From positions 2,624,001 through 2,688,000 of the forward strand of contig OY970399.1 in the NCBI GenBank assembly GCA_963720545.1: a stretch of DNA of 64,000 bases, written 5' to 3'. Below are positions 1-14,446 of the stretch, in pieces (within the stretch, counting starts at the first letter, position 1; every line of letters starts with the position of its first letter). Source of the DNA: an uncultured Acidobacteriota bacterium. Lineage in GTDB: Bacteria; Acidobacteriota; Vicinamibacteria; Fen-336. Made by a program: the position numbers and the translations under genes. The notes under the pieces were generated by a model. The model ran no database searches. It saw nothing but the letters and a program-made list of their open reading frames with translations, and was not told the DNA's origin.

Positions 1-1721
<1,721 letters not shown>

Positions 1722-1739
1722 AGTCCTCCGACTCGTCTG

Positions 1740-1793
1740 AATGTAAGTAGTGAGTGAGTTATTGTCAAGTTTATTGAGTGTTAAAAACTTATA
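1740..1793 (-). promoter_or_regulatory. sigma70 promoter of clpB overlapped by two HAIR-like (HspR) operators
   Basis: Minus strand TTGACA (1768-1763), 17 nt spacer, TACATT (1745-1740). Plus strand AGTGAGT-N7-TGTCAAG (1749-1769) and ATTGAGT-N7-ACTTATA (1773-1793) resemble CTTGAGT-N7-ACTCAAG. Confidence 0.65.
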
Positions 1794-1835
1794 GGCGGTG
1801 CCTGCGCCGAGCCCGCTAGACTTCCTGCACTCTTC

Positions 1836-4043
1836 ATGGGCGTGGCACTCCCCGCAGCCGTCTTCCTCAGTGGCGCCGCCGCCCTCATCTATCAGGTGTG
1901 CTGGCAGCGGATCCTGGCGCTGCACACCGGCATCGGCCTCTTTTCGGTGGCGCTCATCGTCGGCGCATTCATGGCCGGGCTTGGCCTGGGCAGCCTGATC
2001 GGCGGCGGCCTGAGCGAGCGCTTCGAGCGTCGCCAGGCCCTCCTGGCGTTTGCGGCGCTCGAGCTGCTGATCGGTCTTTTCGGCGCTCTCAGCGTGCGGA
2101 TCTATTACGACTGGCTGTACCTAGGCCACGCCGCGCTCTACGGGCAGAGCTGGCGCGCGGTGCTGTTGCATTTCGCGGCGCTGCTGCCGCCCACCCTGCT
2201 GATGGGGATGAGCCTGCCGTTCCTCACCCGCGCGACCGTGCGCTCGGCGGATACGGCGGCGCGCGCCGTTGCCTGGGTCTACGGCATCAACGTGCTCGGC
2301 GCCGCTTTCGGTTCGGTGGCGGCGCCCTGGTGGTTGATTCGCAGCCACGGGATGCGCACCGCCGTCGCTGTGGCCGCGGTCGCGAACCTTCTGGCCGCGG
2401 CGGCGGCGCTTGCGGCCGCGCGCGCGCCCGCGCGCTCGAGGGCGGTCGAGACGACGGCACCGCTCGTCTCGGGCACCCGCTGGCCGCCGCTGCACTGGAT
2501 GGCCCTCTACGCGCTCAGCGGCTTCGTCGCGCTGTCGCTCGAGATGGTGTGGTTCCGCGTGCTCGACATCGCGGTGCGTGCCACAGCCTTCACCTTCGGC
2601 ACGCTGCTCGCCATCTACCTGCTGGGAAACGCGGCCGGCGCGCTCGGGGCGCGCTTCATGAAGGCCGGCGGCCATGGTCCGCTGGCGCGCTTCATCGCCT
2701 GCCAGTGCGCGCTATTGGCGTTGTCGGCGCTGGCGCTCGCCGCCCTCGTTTACGCGCCGGTCCACTGGCCGCTCGTCTCGTGGCTGGCCGACATCTGGGA
2801 CGGTTCCCGCTCGTTCAACCTGGGCGGCGCGTGGGACGGCGGTTCCGTGTTCCGGCTCTACGTGTTGCTGCCGGCGCTCCTCTTTGGTCTGCCGACGATC
2901 CTCATGGGCGTGTCGATGGCAACCCTGCAGACCGCGGTGCACGACGATCCGCGCACCAGCGGGTTCAAGGTCGGCTGGCTGCAGGCGGCGAACATCGCCG
3001 GCTGTGTCGCCGGTGCGCTGTTCGCGGGCATCGTGCTCCTCAACAGCCTCGGCACCACCGGCACGCTGCGCGTGCTGGTCGCATGCGCATTCGTGTTCCT
3101 GGCGTTCGGCTTCCGGCTGTTGCCCGCCGCGCGCCGCTCTTTCGCCGCGTGGGCCGCCGTGATCGCCGCGGTGCTCATGGTCCTGCCCGGACAGGACCGC
3201 TTCTGGCTGCGCTTCCACGGCGAGATGCCGGGCCGTTCGCTGGTCGAGGAGGATGCGACCGGGGTGGTGGCGCTCACCCCCGGGCGCCACGACACCTGGG
3301 CGATGTGGGTGAGCGGCAAGCATTTCAGCACCTTGCCCTACGGCGGCACGCACACGCTGCTGGGCGCGCTGCCGTCGATGATGCACGCCCGGCCCGAGCG
3401 CATCGCGCTCATCGGCCTCGGCTCCGGCGACACCGCCTGGGCGTCGGGCAGCCGCAGCAACGTGACCCGCGAGATTCGCGTCTTCGAGATTTCGGCGCCG
3501 CAGAAGGCGATTCTCGACCGGCTGCGAGCGCAACGGCTGGCGCCGCGGGCGCTCGAGCAGTTCCTGGCCGACCCGCGGGTGAGCCTGCGAGTCGCCGACG
3601 GCCGCAATGCCATCGAACAGTCGAACGAGCTCTACGACGTCATCGAGATGGACCCGCTGCGCCCGTCCAACGCCTATTCGGGCAACCTCTACTCGCGCGA
3701 GTTCTTCGCGCTCTGCGCCCGCAAGCTCCGGCCGGGCGGGTTCATGTGCACCTGGGCGCCGTCGCCGCGGGTGCGCGCCACCTTCCGCAGCGTGTTCCCT
3801 TACGTCGTCGACTTCCAGAACAGCACCATCCTCGTCGGCAGCCTCGATCCGTTTCCGCTCGACGTCGCCGCCTGGCAGGCGCGGCTCCTGGAAGGAGGGG
3901 TGAGCGGCTATTTCGGCGAGCAGCGCACCGCCGAAGTGCGCGCCGCGCTAGCCACGGCGCAGGTCGTGCCGTTCCAAGGCGCCGCCGCACGCGAGATCAA
4001 CGTCGACCTCTTCCCACGCGACGAGTTCAACACGCAGGAGTAG
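1836..4043 (+). CDS. Fused MFS-like membrane domain / spermidine synthase-like protein
   Basis: Two membrane repeats ([14 protein letters not shown] and [13 protein letters not shown]), then [13 protein letters not shown] and LYSREFF motifs. Confidence 0.85.
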   Translation: MGVALPAAVFLSGAAALIYQVCWQRILALHTGIGLFSVALIVGAFMAGLGLGSLIGGGLSERFERRQALLAFAALELLIGLFGALSVRIYYDWLYLGHAALYGQSWRAVLLHFAALLPPTLLMGMSLPFLTRATVRSADTAARAVAWVYGINVLGAAFGSVAAPWWLIRSHGMRTAVAVAAVANLLAAAAALAAARAPARSRAVETTAPLVSGTRWPPLHWMALYALSGFVALSLEMVWFRVLDIAVRATAFTFGTLLAIYLLGNAAGALGARFMKAGGHGPLARFIACQCALLALSALALAALVYAPVHWPLVSWLADIWDGSRSFNLGGAWDGGSVFRLYVLLPALLFGLPTILMGVSMATLQTAVHDDPRTSGFKVGWLQAANIAGCVAGALFAGIVLLNSLGTTGTLRVLVACAFVFLAFGFRLLPAARRSFAAWAAVIAAVLMVLPGQDRFWLRFHGEMPGRSLVEEDATGVVALTPGRHDTWAMWVSGKHFSTLPYGGTHTLLGALPSMMHARPERIALIGLGSGDTAWASGSRSNVTREIRVFEISAPQKAILDRLRAQRLAPRALEQFLADPRVSLRVADGRNAIEQSNELYDVIEMDPLRPSNAYSGNLYSREFFALCARKLRPGGFMCTWAPSPRVRATFRSVFPYVVDFQNSTILVGSLDPFPLDVAAWQARLLEGGVSGYFGEQRTAEVRAALATAQVVPFQGAAAREINVDLFPRDEFNTQE

Positions 4044-4053
4044 CCTCGCGCGC

Positions 4054-4314
4054 ATGGATCCGGGCGCCGTCGTCGAAACGTTCGGAACGGCGGTCGAAGC
4101 GCAGCTGTGCCGCGCCGCGCTGGAGGCCGCCGGCATCGAGGCGTGGGTGATGGGCGAGAACCTCGCCGGCGCCCATCCGGCGCTGGGCATGGCGATCGGC
4201 GTGCGGGTGCTGGTGGCGCCCGCGGACGAGGCGGCCGCGCGTGCCGTCATCGCCTCCCTGCAGGGCGGCGCCGCGCGCCAGGACCACAAGGACGACGGGC
4301 CCGACGCCGCCTGA
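4054..4314 (+). CDS. DUF2007 (putative signal-transducing) domain protein
   Basis: EAQLCRAALEAAGIEA...GVRVLV pattern in an 86 aa protein. Confidence 0.75.
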   Translation: MDPGAVVETFGTAVEAQLCRAALEAAGIEAWVMGENLAGAHPALGMAIGVRVLVAPADEAAARAVIASLQGGAARQDHKDDGPDAA

Positions 4315-4353
4315 GGCGGCCGCAACATTCGTTGTACGATTGACGGACCTTCC

Positions 4354-5550
4354 ATGACCTCCCGCTCCAGACTTTTTCGATACGCTGGGTGCGCCCTTGC
4401 GCTTGCCGGGCTTTGGGGTTGCGGCCGGTCGAAGGCGAGCGACAACGGGCCCAAGCCGATCCGCGCGCGCGTGGTTGCGGTCAAGACCCGCGAGGTGCAG
4501 CGCACCGTCCAGTCGGTCGGCTCGTGCCACGCCTTCGAGGAGGTCACGATCGGCTCGGAGGTGGACGGCCGCGTGCAGCAGGTGTTCGTCGACATCGGCG
4601 ACAAGGTGGACCAGGGCCGGGCGCTGGCGCGCATCGTGCCCCTCGAGCTGAGCCTCGACGTCGACGAGCAGCGCGCCTCGCTGAAGCAGATCGAGTCGCG
4701 CCTCACCGCCCCCGACGGCGCTCCGATCGCAAACCCCGGCGAAGCGGCCGAGGTGCGCAAGGCCGACGCGGATCGCGCCGACGCCCGGCAGAAATACGAC
4801 CGCGCCAAGGAGCTGATGGCCGAGGGCCTGATCTCGAAGAGCACCTTCGAGGAGGTCGAGTCGCGCCATAACTCGACGCGCGCCGCCTACGACATGGCGC
4901 TGCAGAACGTCCGCAACCTGCAGGCGCAGGCGGCGCAGCGCAGCGCGTCCCTGGCGCGGGCCGGCAAGAAGCTGGGCGACGCCACCATTCGCGCGCCGTT
5001 TAGCGGCGAGATCCGCCAGCGGCTGGTGAGCCCGGGGCAGTACGTCAAGATCCAGACGCCGGTGATGGTGCTGGTGGACGCCGACCCGATCCGCGTGCGC
5101 CTCAACGTCCCTGAAAAAGTCGCCGGCTGGATCGCGATCGGCCAGGCCGTAAAGGTGCAGGTGGAGGCCTATCCGGGCCGCGAGTTCGCCGGCAAGGTGT
5201 CGCGCATGAGCCCGTCCGTGGACATGCAGACGCGCACCCTCGAGGTGGAGGCGCTGCTCGACAACAAGGACGGCTTGCTGAAGCCGGGCTTCTTCGCGCG
5301 CGCCGAGATCGTCTCGAACCACGTGGACCGCGCGCTGGTGGTGCCGCAGGAGGCGCTGCGCTACCTGTACGGCGTCTACAAGATCTACCGTGTCGAGAAC
5401 AAGACCCTGCACGAGACCGAGGTGACGCTCGGCTCGCGTGAGGGCAGCGAGGTCGAGATCGAGAGCGGCCTCGACGCCGCCGCGCGCGTGGCCGTGCCGC
5501 TCGACGGCGGCGCGCTGAAAGACGGCGCGCCGGTGGCCGAGGAGCGTTAG
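4354..5550 (+). CDS. RND efflux periplasmic adaptor subunit (lipoprotein)
   Basis: Lipobox LWGC, GDKVDQG, TIRAPFSG and LKPGFFARA motifs. Confidence 0.92.
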   Translation: MTSRSRLFRYAGCALALAGLWGCGRSKASDNGPKPIRARVVAVKTREVQRTVQSVGSCHAFEEVTIGSEVDGRVQQVFVDIGDKVDQGRALARIVPLELSLDVDEQRASLKQIESRLTAPDGAPIANPGEAAEVRKADADRADARQKYDRAKELMAEGLISKSTFEEVESRHNSTRAAYDMALQNVRNLQAQAAQRSASLARAGKKLGDATIRAPFSGEIRQRLVSPGQYVKIQTPVMVLVDADPIRVRLNVPEKVAGWIAIGQAVKVQVEAYPGREFAGKVSRMSPSVDMQTRTLEVEALLDNKDGLLKPGFFARAEIVSNHVDRALVVPQEALRYLYGVYKIYRVENKTLHETEVTLGSREGSEVEIESGLDAAARVAVPLDGGALKDGAPVAEER

Positions 5551-5557
5551 CGCGCCC

Positions 5558-8500
5558 ATGAGCCTCGCGGAGGTCTGCGTCAAGCGCGGCGTGTTCGCCG
5601 TGATGCTGATCGCCTTCCTGTCGGTGCTGGGGGCGTTCTCGTTCCGCGACCTCGGTGTCGATCTCTTCCCGCGCGCCGATCCCGCCACCGTCAACGTCAC
5701 CATCAACCTGCCGGGCGCGACCCCGGAAGAGATGGCGACCACGGTGGTGCTGCCGCTCGAGGAGGTGCTGTCGAGCGTCAGCGGCATGGACGAGCTCAGC
5801 TCCATGACCACCGAAGGCTCGGCGCGGATCACCGCCAAGTTCGTGCTCGAGCGCGACATCGAAAGCGCCGCACAGGACGTGCGCGAGAAGGTCTCGGGCG
5901 CCTTGCGCGACCTGCCGCCCAACATCCTCTCGCCGGTCATCCAGAAGGCCGACCCCGACGCCGATCCGGTGCTGTCGGTGGTGGTGTCCGGCGACCGCAA
6001 CCTGCGCGAGACGACCGAGATCGCCGACAAGCAGATCAAGCGCGTGCTCGAGACCGTGGACGGTGTCGGCGAGGTGAGCCTGACCGGCGCACGCCTGCGG
6101 CAGATTCGCGTGTTCGCCGACGCCGACAAGCTGGCGGCCTACGGCCTCACCATCGTGGACGTCGCCGACGCGGTGCGCGCCGAGAACGTCGAGGTGCCGA
6201 GCGGCACCATCGTGCGCGGCAACTCCGAGCTCGGCATCCGCACCCTGGGCCGGCTCGACGCCGTGTCGCAGTTCGGCGACGTCATCGTCAAGAACGTCGC
6301 CGGCACACCGGTGCGGGTGCGCGACGTCGGCTACGTCGCCGACAGCTTCGCCGAGCCGCGCTCGTGGAACATGCTCGAGGGCAAGGAAGCGGTCACCCTC
6401 GACATCCGCCGCCAGTCGGGCACCAACACCGTCGAGATCATCGACGCGGTCAAGAAGAAGATCGCCGCCCTGCAGCCGAACCTGCCGACCGGCATTTCGC
6501 TGCGCACCATCCGCGACCAGTCGATCTTCATCAACGCCTCGATCGAGTCGCTGCAGGAGCACCTGCTGCTCGGCAGCATCCTCGCGAGCCTGGTGGTGCT
6601 GCTCTTCATCCGCAGCTGGCGCTCGGTGGTGATCGCCTCGGTCGCCATTCCCACCTCGATCATCGCCACCTTCACGCTGCTGAAGCTGATGAATTTCACG
6701 CTCAACAACATGACGCTCCTGGCACTGACGCTGGCGGTCGGCATCGTCATCGACGACGCCATCGTGGTGCTCGAGAACATCGTGCGCTTCATCGAGGAGA
6801 AGAAGTACGAGCCGCGGCTCGCCGCCATCGAGGCGACGAAGGAAATAACGCTCGCGGTGCTCGCCACCACCTTGTCGCTGGTCATCATCTTCCTGCCGAT
6901 CGCCTTCATGAGCGGTTACGCGCGCCGCTACGTCAACGAGTTCGGCTGGACCATGGCGTTCGCCATCCTGGTGTCGATGCTGGTGAGCTTCACGCTCACG
7001 CCGATGCTCAGCTCACGCTTGCTGCGCGCCTCCGAAGGCAGCCGCGGCAGCCACGGCTCGAAGGACTGGAAGTTCTTCACCTGGATCGACGGCAAGTACG
7101 GCACGGTGCTGCGCTGGTCGCTCGACCACCGCACGCTGGTGCTCGCGATGGTGGCGGTGGTGTTCGTGCTGACCATTCCCCTGAACGCCCTCGTCGGCCG
7201 CGACTGGATCCCGCCCGATGACGAAGGCGAGCTGACCGCATCGCTGAACCTGCCGGAAGGCACGTCGCTCGCGGTCTCCTCGAAGGTGGTGCGGGAGCTG
7301 GGAGAACGCATCGCCGCCATGCCCGGGGTCTCGTTCGTGAACCCCTACGTGCACGAGGGGATCATGAGCCACATGCACCTCTACGTGAAGCTCGTGGACC
7401 GCGCCGAGCGCAAGTTCTCGAACCTCAAGGCTGCGCAGGACATGCGCGACCTGTTCGCGACCGTGCCGAACCTGCGCTACAAGGTCATCATCCCGTCGGC
7501 GCTCGGCGGCGGCGAGCTGTGGTTCCCGATCCGCGCCCTGATCCTCGGCCCCGATCTCGAGACGGTCGCCGGCATCGCCAAGCGCGCCTCCGACCGCATC
7601 GTCAAGATCAACGGGCTCACCGACGTCGACACCACGGTGAGCATCAACAGCCCGGAGCTCGAGGTGCAGATCGACCGCCAGCGCGCCTCCGACCTCGGCG
7701 TGCGCGCCGCCGACCTCGGCAACGCGCTGCGGCTGATGATCGCGGGCGAGGACCAGATCACGACCTACAAGGAGGGCGACGAGCAGTACGACGTCACCCT
7801 GCAGCTCATCCCCGAGCAGCAGAAGAACCCGGAGACGCTGGGCCGGCTGATGATCCCGTCGAGCAAGAACGGCATGGTGCGCCTCGACAACGTCGCGAGC
7901 GTGCAGCGGGGCCTGGGCCCGGCGCGCATCGAGCGCTTCAACCGCCAGTTCCAGGTGACGATCTTCGCCAACAACCTGCCCGAGCTGCCGCTCGACTCGG
8001 CCGCGCGGCAGACGAGCCAGGCGATCCGCGACGTCGGCCTGCCACCCGGCTACTCGTTCCGCTTCATCGGCTCGGTGAAGATCCTCGACGAGACCACCAC
8101 CAACCTGATCCTCGCGTTCCTGCTGGCTTCGATCTTCATGTACATGGTGCTGGCGGCGCAGTTCGACAGCTTCGTGCACCCGTTCACCATCATGCTGAGC
8201 CTGCCGCTGTCGATCCCGTTCGCGCTCTTCTCGCTCTGGGTCACCGGCCGCACCCTCAACCTGTGGAGCTCGCTCGGCGTGCTGCTGCTGCTCGGCATCG
8301 TCAAGAAGAACGGCATCCTGCAGGTCGACTACATGAACAAGCTGCGCGCCGAGGGCGTGCCGCTGCGCGAGGCGGTGCTGCAGGCGAACCACGTGCGGCT
8401 GCGCCCGATCCTGATGACCACGTTCTCGATCGTCGCCGGCCTGATCCCGACCGCCATCGGCTACGGCGCCGGCGCCGCGCAGCGCTCGGCGGTGGCGGTG

Positions 8501-8659
8501 ACCATCATCGGCGGCCAGATGCTGTGCCTGCTGCCGACGCTGGTGGTGACGCCGGTCGCCTACATGGTGTTCGCGGAGATGGAGCAGCGCGGCTTCAAGG
8601 CGAGCCTGCGGTCGGCGTGGGCCCGCATGGGAGCAAGGCTCGGCCGCACGGCGTCGTAG
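5558..8659 (+). CDS. RND efflux permease (AcrB/MdtC family)
   Basis: 1033 aa with GIVIDDAIVVLENI, GIVKKNGIL and RLRPILMTT. Confidence 0.95.
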   Translation: MSLAEVCVKRGVFAVMLIAFLSVLGAFSFRDLGVDLFPRADPATVNVTINLPGATPEEMATTVVLPLEEVLSSVSGMDELSSMTTEGSARITAKFVLERDIESAAQDVREKVSGALRDLPPNILSPVIQKADPDADPVLSVVVSGDRNLRETTEIADKQIKRVLETVDGVGEVSLTGARLRQIRVFADADKLAAYGLTIVDVADAVRAENVEVPSGTIVRGNSELGIRTLGRLDAVSQFGDVIVKNVAGTPVRVRDVGYVADSFAEPRSWNMLEGKEAVTLDIRRQSGTNTVEIIDAVKKKIAALQPNLPTGISLRTIRDQSIFINASIESLQEHLLLGSILASLVVLLFIRSWRSVVIASVAIPTSIIATFTLLKLMNFTLNNMTLLALTLAVGIVIDDAIVVLENIVRFIEEKKYEPRLAAIEATKEITLAVLATTLSLVIIFLPIAFMSGYARRYVNEFGWTMAFAILVSMLVSFTLTPMLSSRLLRASEGSRGSHGSKDWKFFTWIDGKYGTVLRWSLDHRTLVLAMVAVVFVLTIPLNALVGRDWIPPDDEGELTASLNLPEGTSLAVSSKVVRELGERIAAMPGVSFVNPYVHEGIMSHMHLYVKLVDRAERKFSNLKAAQDMRDLFATVPNLRYKVIIPSALGGGELWFPIRALILGPDLETVAGIAKRASDRIVKINGLTDVDTTVSINSPELEVQIDRQRASDLGVRAADLGNALRLMIAGEDQITTYKEGDEQYDVTLQLIPEQQKNPETLGRLMIPSSKNGMVRLDNVASVQRGLGPARIERFNRQFQVTIFANNLPELPLDSAARQTSQAIRDVGLPPGYSFRFIGSVKILDETTTNLILAFLLASIFMYMVLAAQFDSFVHPFTIMLSLPLSIPFALFSLWVTGRTLNLWSSLGVLLLLGIVKKNGILQVDYMNKLRAEGVPLREAVLQANHVRLRPILMTTFSIVAGLIPTAIGYGAGAAQRSAVAVTIIGGQMLCLLPTLVVTPVAYMVFAEMEQRGFKASLRSAWARMGARLGRTAS

Positions 8660-8681
8660 CGTTCCGGATCGCCCTCGGCGC

Positions 8682-9338
8682 ATGCATACGAAACCAAAGA
8701 CCGACAACCAGCGCACAGTTGCTGGTTACGAGGCGTATGCAACGAAGTACGCGCGACGCGTGTCGCGGCGCCCGACTGGCCTGGGCAAGCAGGCGCTCGA
8801 CCGACTGGCCACGCTGGCTGGCCCAGGCGGCAGGGTCCTCGAGATCGGCTCGGGCCCGGGTTGGGACGCCGACTACCTGGAGTCGCGGGGCCTGCGGGTG
8901 CGGCGAACCGACGTCAGCAAAGCGTTCCGCGACCTGCAGAGACAGCGCGGCAAGCGGGTGGGTGCGCTCGATCTTCTGAGAAATGACCTCGGTGGTGGCT
9001 ACCAAGGTGTGGTCGCGCTGTACGTGCTGCAGCACGTCGGCCGCTCCTACATCCCCCGCGTGCTGCGCAAGATCGTTCGCGCGCTTGCTCCCGGTGGCGG
9101 TTTCCTGGTTTCTATCCAGGAGGGCTCGGGCGAGTCCTGGGAATACGGCGAATCCGGCGACTACCACGTCGTCCGCTGGACGCGCGCCGAGTTCACCGCT
9201 CGGCTGGCAGCTGTGGGCCTCGCCGTTTCGTGGTGGCGCCGCCTGACCAGGGAACGGCGCTGGCTGATCTTTCTGGCAACCAGGCCCGAAAAACCCTCGT
9301 CTCAGTCCAGCCGGCGCAGCACGAAGCACTTCAGGTAG
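8682..9338 (+). CDS. Class I SAM-dependent methyltransferase
   Basis: VLEIGSGPG motif I and RALAPGG. Overlaps the next gene tail-to-tail. Confidence 0.8.
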   Translation: MHTKPKTDNQRTVAGYEAYATKYARRVSRRPTGLGKQALDRLATLAGPGGRVLEIGSGPGWDADYLESRGLRVRRTDVSKAFRDLQRQRGKRVGALDLLRNDLGGGYQGVVALYVLQHVGRSYIPRVLRKIVRALAPGGGFLVSIQEGSGESWEYGESGDYHVVRWTRAEFTARLAAVGLAVSWWRRLTRERRWLIFLATRPEKPSSQSSRRSTKHFR

Positions 9339-10492
9339 TACGTCTCCGGCGCGCTCAGCAGCACCGGATGATCGCGTCCCTGCCGGCGCTTCTCCACGAT
9401 GGTGGCGCGCACGCCCGCGTCGGCGGCCGCTTCCGAAAGGATCTGTTCCAGCTCGCCTTCGTGGATGTGGTACGAGCACGAGCAGGTGATGAGGTGGCCG
9501 CCGGTCGTCAGCAGTTTCAGGGCGCGCAGGTTGATTTCCTTGTACCCGCGCCAGGCGTTGGGGATGGCCGAGCGGCTCTTGGCGAACGCCGGCGGGTCGA
9601 GGACCACCAGGTCGAAGCGTTCGCCCGCGCGCTCCAGGTCGTGCAGCACGTCGAAGCAGTTGGCGTCGCGGGTCTCGATGTTGGCGATGCCGTTGCGCGC
9701 GGCGTTCTTCTGCACCCGCTGCAAAGCCTCCGCTGAAAGATCCACGGCGAGCACCGAGTCGGCGGCACGCGCCGCCTGCAGCGCGAAGCCGCCGTTGTAG
9801 GTGAAGGCGTCGAGCACCCGCCCGCGCGCATAGCCGCGCGCCGCGACGTGGTTCTCGCGCTGGTCGAGGAAGAGACCCGTCTTTTGCCCTTTCCACAGGT
9901 CGACCTCGAGCCGCACGTCGCCCTCCTCGACGATGACCTCTTCGGGAACCTCGCCGTGCAGGCAGGTGACGAGCGAGGGCAGCGACTCGAGCCGGCGCAC
10001 CTTCGGGTCGTTGCGCTCGAGTATTCCCTTTGGTGACAAGCGCGCAGCCAGGTGCGCAACGATCTCGTCCTTGCGCGACTCCATGCCCTGGGAGAGTGTC
10101 TGGATGACGAGGTACTCGCCATAGCGGTCGACGACCAGCGACGGCAGCAGGTCGCCCTCGCCGTGCACCAGCCGGCAGGCACCGGCCCCGGCCGCGACCG
10201 AGGCCCGAAAGTCGATCGCGGCGTCGAGCCGCTCGGCAAGCCAGTGCGGCGACAGCGTCTCGCCCCACGCGATCATCCGCAGCCTGATCTCGGAACGCGG
10301 TGAGTAGAGCGCGAAGCCCACGGCCTGGCCGGTCGACGCGTGCACCACCACGATCGCACCCGGTTCGAGCGCGCCGCTCTCGATGACGTCGGAGGCGTAG
10401 ACCCACGGGTGGCCGCGCCGCACGCGCGCGTCGCCCCGCCGCGACAGCGAAACGGAGCCCGTTGCTAAGGCGGAGGGCGCAGCGGGAGGCAT
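9302..10492 (-). CDS. rlmI: 23S rRNA m5C1962 methyltransferase, RlmI family
   Basis: PUA-like GHPWVY, HGEGDLLPSLVVDRY, GQKTGLFLDQREN, LDPPAF and TCSCS motifs. Confidence 0.85.
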   Translation of the reverse strand: MPPAAPSALATGSVSLSRRGDARVRRGHPWVYASDVIESGALEPGAIVVVHASTGQAVGFALYSPRSEIRLRMIAWGETLSPHWLAERLDAAIDFRASVAAGAGACRLVHGEGDLLPSLVVDRYGEYLVIQTLSQGMESRKDEIVAHLAARLSPKGILERNDPKVRRLESLPSLVTCLHGEVPEEVIVEEGDVRLEVDLWKGQKTGLFLDQRENHVAARGYARGRVLDAFTYNGGFALQAARAADSVLAVDLSAEALQRVQKNAARNGIANIETRDANCFDVLHDLERAGERFDLVVLDPPAFAKSRSAIPNAWRGYKEINLRALKLLTTGGHLITCSCSYHIHEGELEQILSEAAADAGVRATIVEKRRQGRDHPVLLSAPETYYLKCFVLRRLD

Positions 10493-10532
10493 GGGGAGGA
10501 GATTGTAGTGGATCTGCTAGGCTGCTTTCGAA

Positions 10533-10715
10533 ATGGAAGCGCGTGCCGCGAACGCCGAGCGTATGACGCCGGATATCGACGAGAACGGCGTGGATCGTGC
10601 CCAAATCAGGGAAATGCTCGCGCTTTCGCCCGAAGAACGGTTGCGAAAAGCCACGGAGTTCATCGAAGCCGTGCTGGAGATTCGGGACCTGAATGAGGCG
10701 CGCCCGGTTCGCTGA
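10533..10715 (+). CDS. Small hypothetical protein, partner of the downstream nucleotidyltransferase
   Basis: DENGVDRAQIREMLALSPEERL. Overlaps the start of the next gene. Confidence 0.6.
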   Translation: MEARAANAERMTPDIDENGVDRAQIREMLALSPEERLRKATEFIEAVLEIRDLNEARPVR

Positions 10716-11187
10716 ACTTCTCCAGCTCCTCGCTGGCAATCAGGTCGAGTTCATCGTGGTTGGCATGACCGCGGGAGTCTTGCAGGGAGCCCCGCTGACG
10801 ACGATCGATCTCGATATCGTTCACCGCAGGACGACCGAGAACGTCGCGCGCCTGTGCGACGTCCTCACGACCCTGGACGCGGTCTACCGCCACGACCCGC
10901 GTGCCCTGCGGCCACAGGCATCGCATCTCGCCGGACCAGGACACCAGTTGCTTGCAACGAATCATGGCGACCTGGACTGTTTGGGTGCCATAGACGACGA
11001 TGCGGCCGGCTACGAGCAGCTGCTGCCGCGCACTATTGAAATGTCCCTAGCGAGTGGCCTCCCGATCCGGGTCTTGAGCCTGGCTGCCCTTATTGAGGCC
11101 AAGGCAAGGGCTGGACGGCCGAAGGATCTGGCGGCGCTGCCTGCTCTGCGCGCCACCCTCGCCGAGGTGGAGAGCCGCTCTAAGTAA
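10693..11187 (+). CDS. Pol-beta superfamily nucleotidyltransferase-like protein
   Basis: [24 protein letters not shown] (G...DxD) and [13 protein letters not shown]. Confidence 0.75.
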   Translation: MRRARFAELLQLLAGNQVEFIVVGMTAGVLQGAPLTTIDLDIVHRRTTENVARLCDVLTTLDAVYRHDPRALRPQASHLAGPGHQLLATNHGDLDCLGAIDDDAAGYEQLLPRTIEMSLASGLPIRVLSLAALIEAKARAGRPKDLAALPALRATLAEVESRSK

Positions 11188-11212
11188 GAGCGCAGACGAT
11201 AAGATTCCTCCC

Positions 11213-12488
11213 ATGCACCATCTTCTGCGCACCGACCCGCAGGTTGCCGGGGCGATCGTTGACGAGACCAGGCGCCAGGGCGAGCAGCTCGAGCTGATCG
11301 CGTCCGAGAACTTCGTTTCCGAGGCGGTGCTCGAGGCGCTCGGCACGACGCTCACGAACAAGTACGCCGAGGGCTATCCGGGCAAGCGCTACTACGGCGG
11401 CTGCGAGTTCGTGGACGTGGTCGAGAACCTGGCGATCGCCCGGGTGAAGGAGCTGTTCGGCTGCGATCACGCCAACGTCCAGCCGCATTCGGGCGCGCAG
11501 GCCAACACCTCGGTCTACATGACCGTGGCGCAGCCGGGCGACACCGTGCTCGGCATGAACCTGTCGCACGGCGGCCACCTGACCCACGGCCACCCGCTCA
11601 ACTTCTCCGGCAAGTTCTACAAGATCGTGCCCTACGGCGTGCGCAAGGAAGACGAACGCATCGACTACGACGCGATGCTGGCGCTCGCGAAGGAGCACCA
11701 GCCGAAGATGATCGTGGTGGGTGCCAGCGCCTACCCGCGCATCATCGACTTCGCCGCGGTGCGCCGCGCCGCGGACGCGTGCGGCGCCGCCATCATGGCC
11801 GACATCGCGCACATCGCCGGGCTGGTGGCGGTGGGGCTCCACCCCTCGCCCGTGCCGCACGCCGACTTCGTCACCACCACCACCCACAAGACGCTGCGCG
11901 GACCGCGCGGCGGCCTCGCCATGTGCACCGCCAAGTGGGCGAAGGACCTCGACCGCGTGGTGTTCCCCGGCGTGCAGGGCGGGCCGCTCATGCACGTCAT
12001 CGCCGCGAAGGCGGTCGCCTTCAAGGAAGCGCTCGAGCCTTCGTTCAAGGCCTACCAGCAGCAGATCCTGGCGAACGCCCAGGCGCTGGCCGCAGCACTT
12101 TCCGGCGAGGGCTGGCGGCTCGTTTCTGGCGGCACCGACAACCACCTCATCCTCATCGACGTGTTCGCGCGCGGCATCACCGGCAAGGCGGCGGAGGCGG
12201 CGCTCGAGAAGGCCGGCATCACCGTCAACAAGAACACCATCCCCTTCGACACCAACTCGCCGATGGTCGGCTCGGGCGTGCGCATCGGCACCCCGGCGCT
12301 CACCACCCGCGGCATGCGGCAGGCGGAGATGACGCAGGTCGGCCAGTTGATGTCGCGGGCACTGCAGTCGGCCGACAACGACACCGAGCTCGCGGCGGTG
12401 CGCGCCGAGGTGCATACGCTGTGCGCGCGCTTTCCGCTGTACGCCGAGCGCCTGGAGGCTTACGAGGCTGCTGCAACCGCACGCGCCT

Positions 12489-12490
<2 letters not shown>
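11213..12490 (+). CDS. glyA: Serine hydroxymethyltransferase
   Basis: [23 protein letters not shown] and [13 protein letters not shown]. Confidence 0.97.
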
Positions 12491-14442
<1,952 letters not shown>

Positions 14443-14446
14443 GCGC

